Made by a program: the position numbers and the translations under genes. The notes beneath the pieces are model-generated. The model did not search any database and had not been told where the DNA came from. It saw nothing but the letters and a program-made list of their open reading frames with translations. Of a stretch of DNA of 64,000 bases, positions 1 through 10,904 are shown piece after piece. Source of the stretch: Utricularia gibba (taxonomy: Eukaryota; Plantae; Magnoliophyta). The DNA is taken from contig NEEC01000017.1 of NCBI GenBank assembly GCA_002189035.1, forward strand, positions 1,364,001 through 1,428,000. The letters run 5' to 3'. Positions within the stretch are counted from its first letter, which is position 1, and the number at the start of each line of letters is the position of its first letter.

Positions 1-90
1 GAAACGTGTAGAAGCCAGGACGAAGCTCTCCAATGTGCAAATCGCGTGGTTAGGGTTGATGTACATCTCTTTGTAAAAAGACAACGAGAA

Positions 91-1496
91 ATGGCAGTGA
101 TTGAAGAAGCCCCGGCTGACAACGATCGCAAGTCTCCGGAGGCTGCGACGGCTCGTGCGAGTTACAATTCTGACGGTTATGAGACCGCCAGCGATACAGA
201 GCTGCAGGAGGATGTTTCGGAGGCTGAAAACCATTCTAAACATCCTCGCAGTAATGAGACAGATACTTGTTGTGTCAGCAGTGTTGGACATGGAGAGGAT
301 TCGGCGAGCGGTGAGAGTAAGGTAAAAGCATCACTGGAGAAAGCTGAAAGTATCGGAGCTGAAGCTATCGAGGTTGTAAACAATTTTATTGGATCATGAG
401 ATAAAGTTTATGTTACCGGATTTTTTCGGTTGATTCTAGTTTATGAAGATGGCTGGTTTTCATGAATTGATTTTCATTGCTGAAATTGCGTTGGTTGGAG
501 TCGTATCATTTTGACTTTATTTCTATGTTTTTGAGAAGCAGAAAGCTTTGGTGGAAGCAAATGATGCAAAAGCTGAGGGAAATGCCTTGTTTAAATCAGG
601 ACTTTATGTAGAGGCATTGTCCAAGTATGAGTTTGCGATACAGATTGCCCCTGAATGTTCTTCATCTAGTGAAGTTCGTTCAATGTGCTTTGCAAACAGA
701 GCTGTGTGTTTCTTTAAACTGGTATTTTACTAATATCGCCTGTGTTTTTTTCAATGCAATGGTGATGATCATTGACACATATAACATTATATGGGATTCA
801 GGGGAAGTATGAGGAGACAATCAAGGAGTGTACGAAGGCACTAGAACTGAACCCTGGCTACGTGAAAGCTATTTTAAGAAGAGCGGAGGCCCATGAAAAG
901 CTTGAACATTTTGAAGAGTCCATTACAGGTAAGATTAACACCTAGGGATCTACATTGTAATGTCTTTTTTGTTTGGTTTTTATGCATTTCTCCACACAGA
1001 TATGAACAAGATCCTGGAACTGGATCCTTCGAATGACCAAGCTAGGAAATCTATCATACGCTTGAAGCCATTGGCTGATGAAAAGCGAGAAAAAATGAAA
1101 GAAGAGATGATAGGTTAGTGAATTTGTGTTGGTAACCCTTTTTACCTATTCAAGCCGTACTTGGCAATCTGAACCACATTTCTCTTTTACCCTTGATCTA
1201 TTTGGCTTTCCCTGAACTCAGCATGGTTTCTATGCCGCAAATATCATTTCATGCGCTGCACTCTTGTAAAGAATAGGAATGTCTTCCTTTCTTTTGTGCA
1301 ACCTCAGCATGGGGCATCCGCCTCTGTTAGATGATGTCTGGCTCAATGCCTGTACTTGATGACCTTGTTCTTGATTGCAGGAAAACTTAAGGAAATGGGG
1401 AACTCCATCCTTGGTCGCTTTGGAATGAGTGTTGAAAATTTTAAGGCTGTCAAAGACCCAAACACAGGCTCCTATTCCATTTCATTCCAGCGCTAA
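91..1496 (+). CDS. TPR1: TPR-domain protein, TTC1/AtTPR1-like (5 exons)
   Basis: Exons about 91-321, 542-721, 802-929, 1000-1113, 1381-1496 splice in frame with GT-AG ends. The product has ANDAKAEGNALFKSGLY...KECTKALELNP...RRAEAHEKLEHF and the family C-terminus KLKEMGNSILGRFGMSVENFKAVKDPNTGSYSISFQ. Confidence 0.93.
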
Positions 1497-1762
1497 GATG
1501 ATGCTCAAGTAAAACTCTTTCACAGTGACTGTGACTTGATTGTGGAATTCATCCCGCATAGTGTGAATTTGGCATGTGTTTGCGTTAATGGTATAATATT
1601 GAATGATAAACGAAATCGGGGAATGTGGCACGTGTTGATTGCTGCCTGATTCGATAATTTAGTAATTTAATTGGGGGCCAAGTCACTGAAAAGTGGCAAT
1701 GCAGAAGGGGAATTTATGAAACTTTCCCAGGGAAAGGAAGTGAAGGGCAGGGGCGGAGGAAG

Positions 1763-3606
1763 ATGGTGAAGATCACGGCGTTGCTCGCATTGAAATGCCT
1801 CTCAGAGGGAGGCGATCCGATCATCTTTGCTAACGCTTCCGATCTAAGCAATTTCGGCTTCTTTCAACGTCCCAGCGTTAAGGAGTTTATCGTGTTCTTC
1901 GGTCGCGCGGTAGCGAAGCGGACGCCTTTGAACCAACGCCAGTCGGTGCAGCATGAAGGTGTGTATCAATCATACCTTATTCCCCCAGGCCACCTCTTTT
2001 CTGGAGTGTTATTGTTGGTGTCCGGATTTGAGGTCGTTTCTTGTTTCTCTTGGTATATTTCAAGGGCTTTTACGTTCCCGTGGGTTGAAATCTGATATTG
2101 TTCTTGGTGTGAGTATTTTCTTGTATCATGAAATTTGTGAACTGTCTACATTGATTTATTTATCATGATTCCTATCAGATTACCATTCTCTTGTTTTCGA
2201 TTTGGATATCGTATTTGATTACGTACTTGCTTCCCAGTTGATAGGAAAAAGCAGTATTGTTATTATAGAATGGTGACATCTAATCGACAAACAAGTTACT
2301 ACTACAAAGCTTCGAATGCCACAAATAGTTCGTACTAATGAATTCCTTAGGAATTGTATGAATTTCGATGACTTTATCTGATGTAATTTTGTTGTTATCC
2401 TGATTAAGATAATAAAGATCATCCTATGTCAAACCATGATATATGAGTTTCATTTGTGGAATTGCTCATCTTCCGTCCGATCAGAACTGCCGTCTACTCC
2501 ACCGAAAATGTGAACTTGCTTGTAAGCCTTGCATGTATGAAGAGTTTGAGTAAGCCCATGATGATTACCAGTGATTTACTATCCTGTTTCACCTGTCAGT
2601 TTAAAAATCCTTTCTTTGAAGCCCGTGATTACTGTGCCTTGAATATGTTGTTGAATCTAGAAAATCAATCTGCTATTTTGACCAATAGCTGATGATTACC
2701 ATGCTTCACTCGCAACATCAGAATATAAGGTTCACTCATACAACCGAAACAGATTGTGTGCTTTGGCTTTCATGGATGATCATTATCCTGTAAGGAGTGC
2801 CTTTTCATTGCTGAATCAGGTAAATGGCCTATGGTGCTCTATTACATGCGTTATGGACATGCATTCTTTATTAATATCTTCTAATGCGCTTTCAAATTTT
2901 AATTCATGGCATGATCTGTCAGGTCTTAGACGATATCAAAAGAGCTTTCGTGACTCCTGGAAAACTGTTGAGGCAGATGTCACACGGCAGTGGCCTTACC
3001 TCACTGAGTCCCTGACCAAGTTTCAGGTAATTCACGTTCACACACTCTATTTTTTCGTGAGCATTCTTATAATTCTTATTTAAAACCTCAAAGGACCCCG
3101 CCGAAGCTGACAAGCTGTTGAAGATTCAAAGGGAGTTGGATGAAACTAAAATTATACTTTAAAGTACTCCTGAGAACATCATTATGCGTCCCTTCACTAT
3201 GAAAATTCGTAAGAATCTATGTTGTAGCTGTAAACAGGAAGATGATTTCAAGGAATTAGTCTCACATGGAACTTTTTTTGCTATACATATTAGTTTTCTC
3301 CTCGAGCGGGCAGCAGTGTGGTTGGATTTATCCATGCGATGGTAAGATTTTTGTGGGCTTCATTGCAGCACAAGACAATTGACAGCGTACTAGCACGAGG
3401 TGAGAAGCTAGACAGCTTGGTTGAGAAGAGCTCCGACCTCAGCGCAGCTTCACAGGTATGTATTTCAATCTTCCACCTGATCTTCCAGCAACCCATCATC
3501 TATCTGCTAGCTATAGACAGAAGGTAACAGCAGCTTCCATGGAATTTTGGAACAGATATTCTACAAACAAGCGAAGAAGACGAATCAGTGTTGCACTGTG
3601 CTGTGA
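1763..3606 (+). CDS. YKT6: Longin R-SNARE YKT6 (YKT61/62-like); disrupted as written by a -1 frameshift near 2933 and a missing GT donor at 3160
   Basis: Exons 1763-1958, 2722-2819, 2923-3026, 3094-3159, 3369-3455, 3556-3606. Motifs KITALL..KC, FMDDHYPVRSAFSLLNQ, DPAEADKLLKIQRELDETKIIL, HKTIDSVLARGEKLDSLVEKSSDLS and the prenylation end KKTNQCCTVL*. Confidence 0.93.
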
Positions 3607-3802
3607 ATATATTTTTTCTCAAAGGAAGGTATTCATCATAAGTTTCAAAAGGGTGTTGCTGTTTGCGATCTTCTCATTTCTCTGTATCATAATGTTGCTG
3701 CTATGAAAACATATTGTGACGGTTTCACTTCCTTCTGTATGCAATGTTTGCTTCCGGATTAATGGCGAGTGCAAACAGGGCAAGAAGGCGAAGCATCGAG
3801 GC

Positions 3803-3991
3803 TCAGATCTGTAAATAATCATCGGGCAACGGAACCCATGACCGCGCCATGGCTGCGAAACCGGGTGCCGGCGGCGGCGGCGCCAATCGGAGCGCCACGC
3901 CAAGATACGGGCCGGTTTCCGTCGCCGATGAAGCCCAGACAACAAATAGAAGAATCATCACTGCCCCGAATGAATCCTCCCCCTTTTCCAT
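3803..3991 (-). CDS. Candidate 62-aa small, possibly secreted, proline-rich peptide
   Basis: The ATG follows an AG-rich leader. A hydrophobic stretch AVMILLFVVWASSA precedes GPYLGVALRLAPPPPAPGF...WVPLPDDYLQI. The segment is a GC-rich island. No family recognised. Confidence 0.3.
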   Translation of the reverse strand: MEKGEDSFGAVMILLFVVWASSATETGPYLGVALRLAPPPPAPGFAAMARSWVPLPDDYLQI

Positions 3992-4666
3992 CTCTCTATC
4001 TGCTGCTTCTCTGAATGGTTTTTGTGTTTGTTCAGTTGTCTGCGTTGCCGCTCGGCATCCACGACGCAGGAAGCGTCAAAGGTTGTTGAATTCCGGCGTC
4101 CCGGAAATCACCGGCGACGAGGGGGAGGGCAACAACCTTCACAAAAACTCCCTCCATTTCCCCCTCGAGCCTCATTCTTCCTTCTGGGCTTCATCTGAGA
4201 CACTCGAGTTCTGTCTGCTTAATGCACCGGAGTAATTACACCATCACAATTCAAGGAATAATACTTTTAATAAATTCTTAAAAATAAAAATCGTTGTTTA
4301 TATTAAATTCCTTAAATGAAAATGCATCATATTTAATAATAAAATTACGAAAAAGGGATTTTTTTTCAAAAATAGAAATATTCCAAACATATCTATAAAA
4401 AATTAATACGAAAAATAATCATTTATTTTATCTCTAGGCAGGCCCGCCATGTCTGGACAGCCCAGTATTTATTTCTTCAAATTGTAAAAAAAATATGTTA
4501 GATTTTGACGCAAAAAAATTAAAAAAATGGAGGTGACGAGACTTGCTAAAAAAAGGAGAAAAAAAAAACAGGATATCTAATTTTAGGACAACTTAGGTTT
4601 GGTGTTGGAGTATATCCTCTCATCTTTATCCAATCCAGGCCGTACTGCTTCTGACACTGCACCAAA

Positions 4667-4794
4667 TCCAACGGTCAATGTTTGCCCTAGACAGGCCGCA
4701 TCTGTAACCGTCGAATCCTAATCCCACGACACGAACGGAAAGTTGCAACATCGCCGGCCGTTAAATCCTGATCCAACGGCTGGACGCGCCGAAA
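4667..4794. promoter_or_regulatory. Cluster of MSA (MYB3R, AACGG core) elements plus an E2F site
   Basis: TCCAACGGTC 4667-76, GAACGGAA 4733-40, GGCCGTTAAA (reverse complement TTTAACGGCC) 4756-65, TCCAACGGCT 4772-81, and GCGCCGAAA (reverse complement TTTCGGCGC) 4786-94. Confidence 0.6.
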
Positions 4795-4859
4795 GTATCA
4801 CGACAGACGTTACAAGACAACGCCAAGTCTAATCAGGGAGCGACAACTTGTAAACTCAC

Positions 4860-6060
4860 CAGCTTCGGTGTTCGCGTTAAGAAATGAACTATTAGTAGAG
4901 CCTCAAGTATTCGGGAGCGGAGACAGCAAACTGGGGGTTCTTTTTTTTTCCATTTTTTTTAGTTTTGGGAGAATAGTCCTATTTGGACCTTCGGGGTTTC
5001 TGCTGCGCGGGCACTGTTCGACGAATTGCACGAACCAAGTTTGTGAAACTGGGAAAAGAACCGTTTTTTTTTTTCCTCGTTTCTTTGCGAAAGTCTTCCA
5101 CTTCTTGAAGCTGTGATTTGAACTGAAGCGGGTTGTTCTGCCCGGGTAAGTTTGGGGAAAACTGAGGGCTGTTGTCCTGTTATATTCGATTTTCTGTTTC
5201 ACAGTTCTGCCATTTGCGGTGATTTAAAAGTGGTTTGGTGGTAATGACAGAGCTTGTTGCTCTTTGTCATCTATCAGAAGTTGTTACTTAATTGTTTGCT
5301 AATTAGTCATTCCTATTCTATCTGTTTTACGGAGGATGCATTTTAGTTGCTTCTGAAATTTTTTATCGCACATTGTTCTGTGGGAGAGCTTGATAGTGAT
5401 GGGAGGAGTACAAGCTTGTGTACTCCTTTCCTGTTGCCCTTTTAGTGGCGCCTGGTGCTTACAGGTTTGTCCTTTAACTTGGGAGCGACTATGTCTTTCC
5501 TTGATGCGTTTCTTATTGCTACTCGATCAGCTTATGAGCATGGATACTACTTGGGGTCCTCTTGATGGCAATGTCTAAACTCATTCTATTAACTTAGTGT
5601 AGTTGCAACGTGAGTGATGGTGTCCTTTTGGATTCCACCTTTCCGTTTTTCTACTAGTTGCATTTCCATACCAAACCTGTGAACTTCAAGTGATGCAAGT
5701 TACCAAAGCGGCAGCCTATCTTCTCGGCCTAATTAATACCCTTTCTTGTTGAGTACATGCTCTAGGAATCTTACTACGGCAGGATGTGAATAGAAGGGGT
5801 AACACAGTTGCAAAAAGCAAACTCACTTTGAGGATCCTCATATTATGTGTCATTTGGAAGAGGTGTTGTCTTTGTTTCTTGCTTCTCTTTTACTAGAAGC
5901 AATTAGAATTACCTCAGCCTTCTGCCATCACCCGCCCGGTATGCAAGCATGCATAGTGGTTGGGAGATGAGAAAAGCCTACCACAAAGGTGCTGAAGATG
6001 CTGTGCTTCAACAACTTTATTGGATCGAAGTTCCATTCCACTGTTTTTTTTAATGGGGTG
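4860..6060 (+). ncRNA. Putative spliced non-coding transcript with several hairpins (lncRNA or snoRNA-host-like); ends approximate
   Basis: Intron-like segment GTAAGT (about 5146) to TTCACAG (about 5204). Only short ORFs. Stem-loops at about 5232-5279, 5297-5347, 5392-5437 and 5736-5800, the last followed by ACA. Confidence 0.3.
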
Positions 6061-6796
6061 GATCTAACCCTAGGAAATACATCACTTGGTACAAGCAATC
6101 AAAGGAATTCACTTGCTTTTTAGTACACTACAGTTACTCCTATGACCCTAAGGACACATCATTATTGAATTGTAAGGACACATCTTGTCAGGTCAGTAAC
6201 TGTTGTTCTGCGATTAGGTCAATCCATCTACAGGCTGATGTGTTTGAGCTCTGGGACGAAGATGAATCAGATCTTGAACTTCATTGTCTACTGCCCAGGA
6301 ACCTTGACTGCATCCCACCTGAAAGCAAGAGGCGCATGTCATTTCTTGCTGAGCAAAAAAAAAGTACCCAAAGATCATCTGAACAAATCTCAGGCAGCCA
6401 CTTTTGTAGTGCAGAAAGCCATGTGAGAACAAGGTCGGTCCGGGCAAGAAGCACTCTCAAAACCCAGATCTGCAATGCAGTAGGGACGGATTATGTTAGA
6501 ACGAGATGATAACGGCAAGGAGGCAAGACGGCGCCGCCGCCGGAGATCCATTCTGTAGAGAAGTGACGTTAGTTTCGTGTAGAAGGAGCAGAATGAATGA
6601 TCGCAGTAAACAGATGAATAACTTTCAGCGATCACTAACGACACACCAGAACCCAACATAAAAAGGAGAATCGACATCGCCCCATGAGATCAACGTAAAG
6701 TAAATAAAGGGGTGTGTGTTTTGTAAGGATCTGGAGAACAAAATTCGATCTTGCAGAACAAGAAAAAGAGATTAGTGAAAATTTAGTAAGAAAAAC

Positions 6797-6883
6797 CTGA
6801 CAGAAAGAGGAGCGAGCACACGACGAAGGCAAAGGTAAGAACTTGTTACAAATGCCGTGCGAGTGCTCGCTCTCTTCTGTCAG
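6797..6883 (-). ncRNA. MIR156: MIR156 precursor hairpin; mature 5p UGACAGAAGAGAGCGAGCAC at 6863-6882
   Basis: The reverse complement of 6863-6882 is the canonical miR156 with one substitution (C at position 14). The opposite arm 6797-6819 (GUGCUCGCUCCUCUUUCUGUCAG on minus) is a typical miR156* with the compensating G. Loop about 43 nt. A TAAATA box lies at about 7060 on minus. Confidence 0.95.
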
Positions 6884-9855
6884 ATCTCTGAACCCCCATT
6901 TCAGCCCGAAGCTTCGTTGCCAAAAATGGTCAGATCTGGAGATCTATTTTGGGGAAGAAACCCTAGAACAATGGCAGTACAGTACAATCCCTTCTTTCTT
7001 TCTTCCGGGCGGAGGAAAATGAATGGGCGAGCCCTGTGGAAAGCACTTCCCCTGTTGATCCCCCTATTTATTGACTTTTTCACAATCACATGGTCTCCCC
7101 CACCAGTACATGTTCTTCAGTACAGAGTACAAGTTTGTACATTGTTTCCCTTACCCTCATAAATTCTAATAAAACAAATCTTCCCTTGCCCAAAACCCCA
7201 TTTAAGCAGACTAAATTCAAGTTGCCCATCTGCTGTTTTGTATGAACACTGAAGTTTTTCTGATACCCGGAAGATGGCCGGCGGAGAACCGAAGAAGATG
7301 AAGGTCGTCGGACCAGGCACGCGTCCGCATATGATTGGCGCTTGCCTACAAAGATAACAACCCCACGGTGGGGCTGCCCCCAGAGTTGGCAAATGTGCCT
7401 GCCAACGTCGCCTTCCCGGTGGCTGCTTCGTCCAAGTATTTATTCCTACGTTGAATTTAGGGTTCTTCTTCTTCTTCTTAATAGTATTCCTACGATAGCC
7501 ATAACCCGCTTTGTCCTTATCACTCTTTCGACATTTTCATACCATTGTCGTTGATTCTTATGACTTTTCAAAAGGCGTCGCCATTACAGTACTTTCACTT
7601 TACTCTTTATCCTCCAGCACACGCCCTCGTCAAAGGAACAGATCGCTTGTATTGTAACTCCAATTCAGCCCAGAATCCAACCCCGGAGAGTCTCGAGATG
7701 TAACCCCGGAACAAATAAAACGAATACAAACAGAGTTTGGGAAGCAGAAACTTGAATAAAAGCTTGGTTTTGGGTTGGATCACAGGCCAAGTGACAGAAG
7801 CTATTGCACTCATCCGGACAGATCGAGTGCCAGTTGCACTTGCAAGCAGCTAATTCAATGTGTTGGTAAATCCAGTTGACTGCGACATGGGAGGTGTCAG
7901 GAATGGAAGAAACACTCCTGCAGTACTCTCGCAGCCTTTTGCACTTGACTTCAATTTCCAGTTCTTCATCTCCTTCATCTTGTGGTCCTCTTTAGAGCTT
8001 GTCAAAACAACAAACGCTCCCTTGAAACCTGTTGCAAAGAAAGAAAAAGTCTTGTACCTTCACTCAATGCTATGTTATAAGGTTTTGAATTCAGATGCAA
8101 ACAAAGATGGGGAATACAACCATTTTGAGCATAAGATCGGGCTCAACATCACCCGAATGATTAATATGTCAAAATTATGATGACACTAGACATCCAAATA
8201 TCCAAATGTTGAAAAAAGCTTCGATTAACTTCGTACATTGCAACGGCAAAAAAATGTTTCCTTGGGACAACATGACTTCATCGCAGATAATCCTTCGTAA
8301 CAAAGATCAAGGTCGAGTCTTAGGAGAGACCGATTTTCAGATTATGGAAACAGTCCGGTGAATTGTACCCGATTAAGATTCAGGTGTAATGCGCGATGTG
8401 ATGCTATTAATAGAAATAAAAGAAGATAGGAATTTTTAAATGAAAATGTCGGAGAACGGAAAAATCATGAACAAGTCGGAGCTCATTAGAAAAGGGTTTT
8501 CATTAGACGGGGATGGAGAAGATGTACAAGTTAGAAGGCTTGGAGTTGAACTTTTTATTCTTTGAAGTTTCTTATATTTATAGAAGAGTTTGGTATGATC
8601 GAATTCTGAACTTTGTAAGTATCGGCTCCTTTCTGTGCCTACAATATGTATTGTGGTTCTACTCTTATATAACTGTCAACTATTCTGTCATTACCGTAAT
8701 TCGGCTATTTTTAAAACTATTCAAAATGATACAATCTTCTGACAATTATCAATCTGTCAACCTATGACAATTTGTCAGTACACTTTTTTGTTACTTTTCA
8801 GTGGTTGATTACCTCACTTAGATTTATCCCCCATCAGATAGTTTTCATTATTTAACATAAATTACATATTTCGTTTCAAAATTTGATGTATCGTACATTA
8901 TTAGTGCATAACTACTTTTTAACATTTTATATTTTACATATTTTTTATGCCTATTATTGAAACATTGAAGATCAATATTTTACATTATTTAAAAACTAGA
9001 CATGATTAATTAAGAAATTTTTTTATCATATTTTTAAATAATGAGTAACTATTAGTACTGCAATTATTTCAAATAATATAGTTTTATTGTCTCAAACTAT
9101 TTTTATAAATAATAGATTTTTTATCATTGTTTTGAAACAACGAGACTAATTACGTCAAATTTTTATACATTGGATATGGACAGTAAAACACTAGAAACTA
9201 TGTTTGAAATTAATTTTCATAAATAATAGGGATTAATAATGTCATGACTCAAATAAAAGGGTATGATATCTCAGCTTAGGACATGATATCCAGCCTGCAT
9301 GCTTAAAATAGGGTGGTCTGGGCTTGCATGTAGGCCCATTTAGTTTATTGGACAATGGGCTTGACAGGCTCATGTGGTTTGCAGTTGCGGCATTTTTGCT
9401 CGGGGTAACTCACAGATCGCGTTCTTGGGATCATCGCCTCTACAGTTCTGCGGGCTTTTTTCGAATTCACCGGAACTTCTGTCGCTGGGAGTTCGGATTT
9501 CGTTCGCGAGGTTAGATGTCGTTTGCTCTGTGAATCTGATTAATGTTTCAGGGGTATTTCTTTTATGGTAGGGTACATTGAAGCGATATACGTCATCTGA
9601 TTACTGAAATGTGTGTAGTTCTTGTTGATACGTAATTTTGGATTTTTTTATCTGCTTGATCATCTGATTATTGATCTGTTTCTTCTTTGGTTGTTCCTTG
9701 AATCGTATGAAGCGGTGGATGTTATCTCCGTGGTTCTAGTCAGGGAGATTTTAGTTCGTGGTCCTTTGCGTTTCCCCTGAATAATTTGCTCACATAGAAA
9801 TGTGGTTCTTTTTTGAAGGCATGCTTAGCTTGTGCATCACTTCATTTTATCTCCG

Positions 9856-10630
9856 ATGTCAATGCCAAAAGATGATGAGGTGAACTCTGAGGTATTGCAT
9901 CTCAGCAGATTTTGATGTTTTTTTGGGGTCATTCAACTTTTTTTGTTTCTAAGTCACAACACCATGGAAGATTATCTGATGTGTTGGGTGATCATTCTCT
10001 TCTCCGTCCGATGTATGATGTGAACCTGGGGTGATCTGTTATGACACATTGCTTATTAATGGATCATTTTTGCAGCTCTCTTCAAATGTTTTCAGAGAAC
10101 TTCTAGACTCTATCATTGTTGATGTTGCATCAGAGTCCCACCGCATTGCAAGACTAGGGCTCGATCAGTATCTCGACAACGAGGAGGAGGAGCTGAGGTT
10201 ATCCGCTGAAGCCAGAGCGCGGGGTGATCAGAGCCACAGTGGCGAAGCCAATGGAAAGTACGTGATGGACATCTTTGGCCAAACCCACCCACCAGTTGCA
10301 AGTGAAATATTTGAATGCATGAACTGTGGCCGATCTATAATGGCCGGACGGTTCGCACCTCACCTGGAGAAGTGCATGGGCAAGGTAACCACCCTTCTTC
10401 CTTCCCTTTCCCCATGTCGAAGTTCCTCTTGCAAACATGGCTGAAGTTGGCCCTTTCCCCTAACGTTTCAATGGAAACAGGGCAGGAAAGCTCGACTGAA
10501 ATCAAACAACACAGCCACCGCACGGAGCCGGAGCTCCGGCGGCAGCCCTCATTTGAGCCAGCTTCACTACTCAAATTCCACAGGAGCTTCAATCCATGAG
10601 TATTCAAATGGCACATTTGAGGAGCCATGA
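9856..10630 (+). CDS. SGF11: SAGA-associated factor 11 (deubiquitination module)
   Basis: Exons 9856-9891, 10076-10384, 10481-10630. Motifs ELLDSIIVDVASESHRIARLGLD, DIFGQTHPPVASEIFECMNCGR..AGRFAPHLEKCMGKGRKAR (Sgf11 zinc finger). Confidence 0.95.
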
Positions 10631-10904
10631 ACGTATCGTCATTCACAAACCTGTTCTTGACTTGTAATAAATTTGAACACGTCCTAAAAGTAGCAAAATG
10701 TTATATAAATTGAAATGAAATGTAATGAAACGAAGGCTGCATCGATTTTTATTATTTAATTCCTGTTGGAATTTGGGGGAGGAGAAGGACCGTAATAGCC
10801 CTAATAAATGTGTATCCACTGGTCTACATTGTTGTCTAAATCCATTCAATCCCTTCCTCGTCCGTGCTCTGTCTGAGTTCTCAGTACGACGCCGTTTCAG
10901 AGCT

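Noticed and set aside
2558-2692. ATGATGA...CTGA in YKT6 intron 1 (C/D snoRNA-like)
   Set aside because: No terminal stem and no rRNA antisense element that I can recognise.
3927-4195. 13-bp inverted repeat GATGAAGCCCAGA at 3927 and 4183
   Set aside because: Does not extend, has no TSD and no intervening pairing.
5097-5114. TTCCAC-TTCTTGAA-GCTG resembling miR396
   Set aside because: Four seed-region bases are missing and there is no fold-back, so it is neither a precursor nor a credible mimic.
6063-6072. CTAACCCTA, telomerase-template-like
   Set aside because: No Pol III USE/TATA promoter or other telomerase RNA elements; a telo-box-like chance match.
7308-7318. TCGGACCAGGC, identical to miR166 positions 1-11
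   Set aside because: The 3' half does not match with or without a bulge, and there is no hairpin partner. An 11-mer is plausible by chance across many miRNA families.
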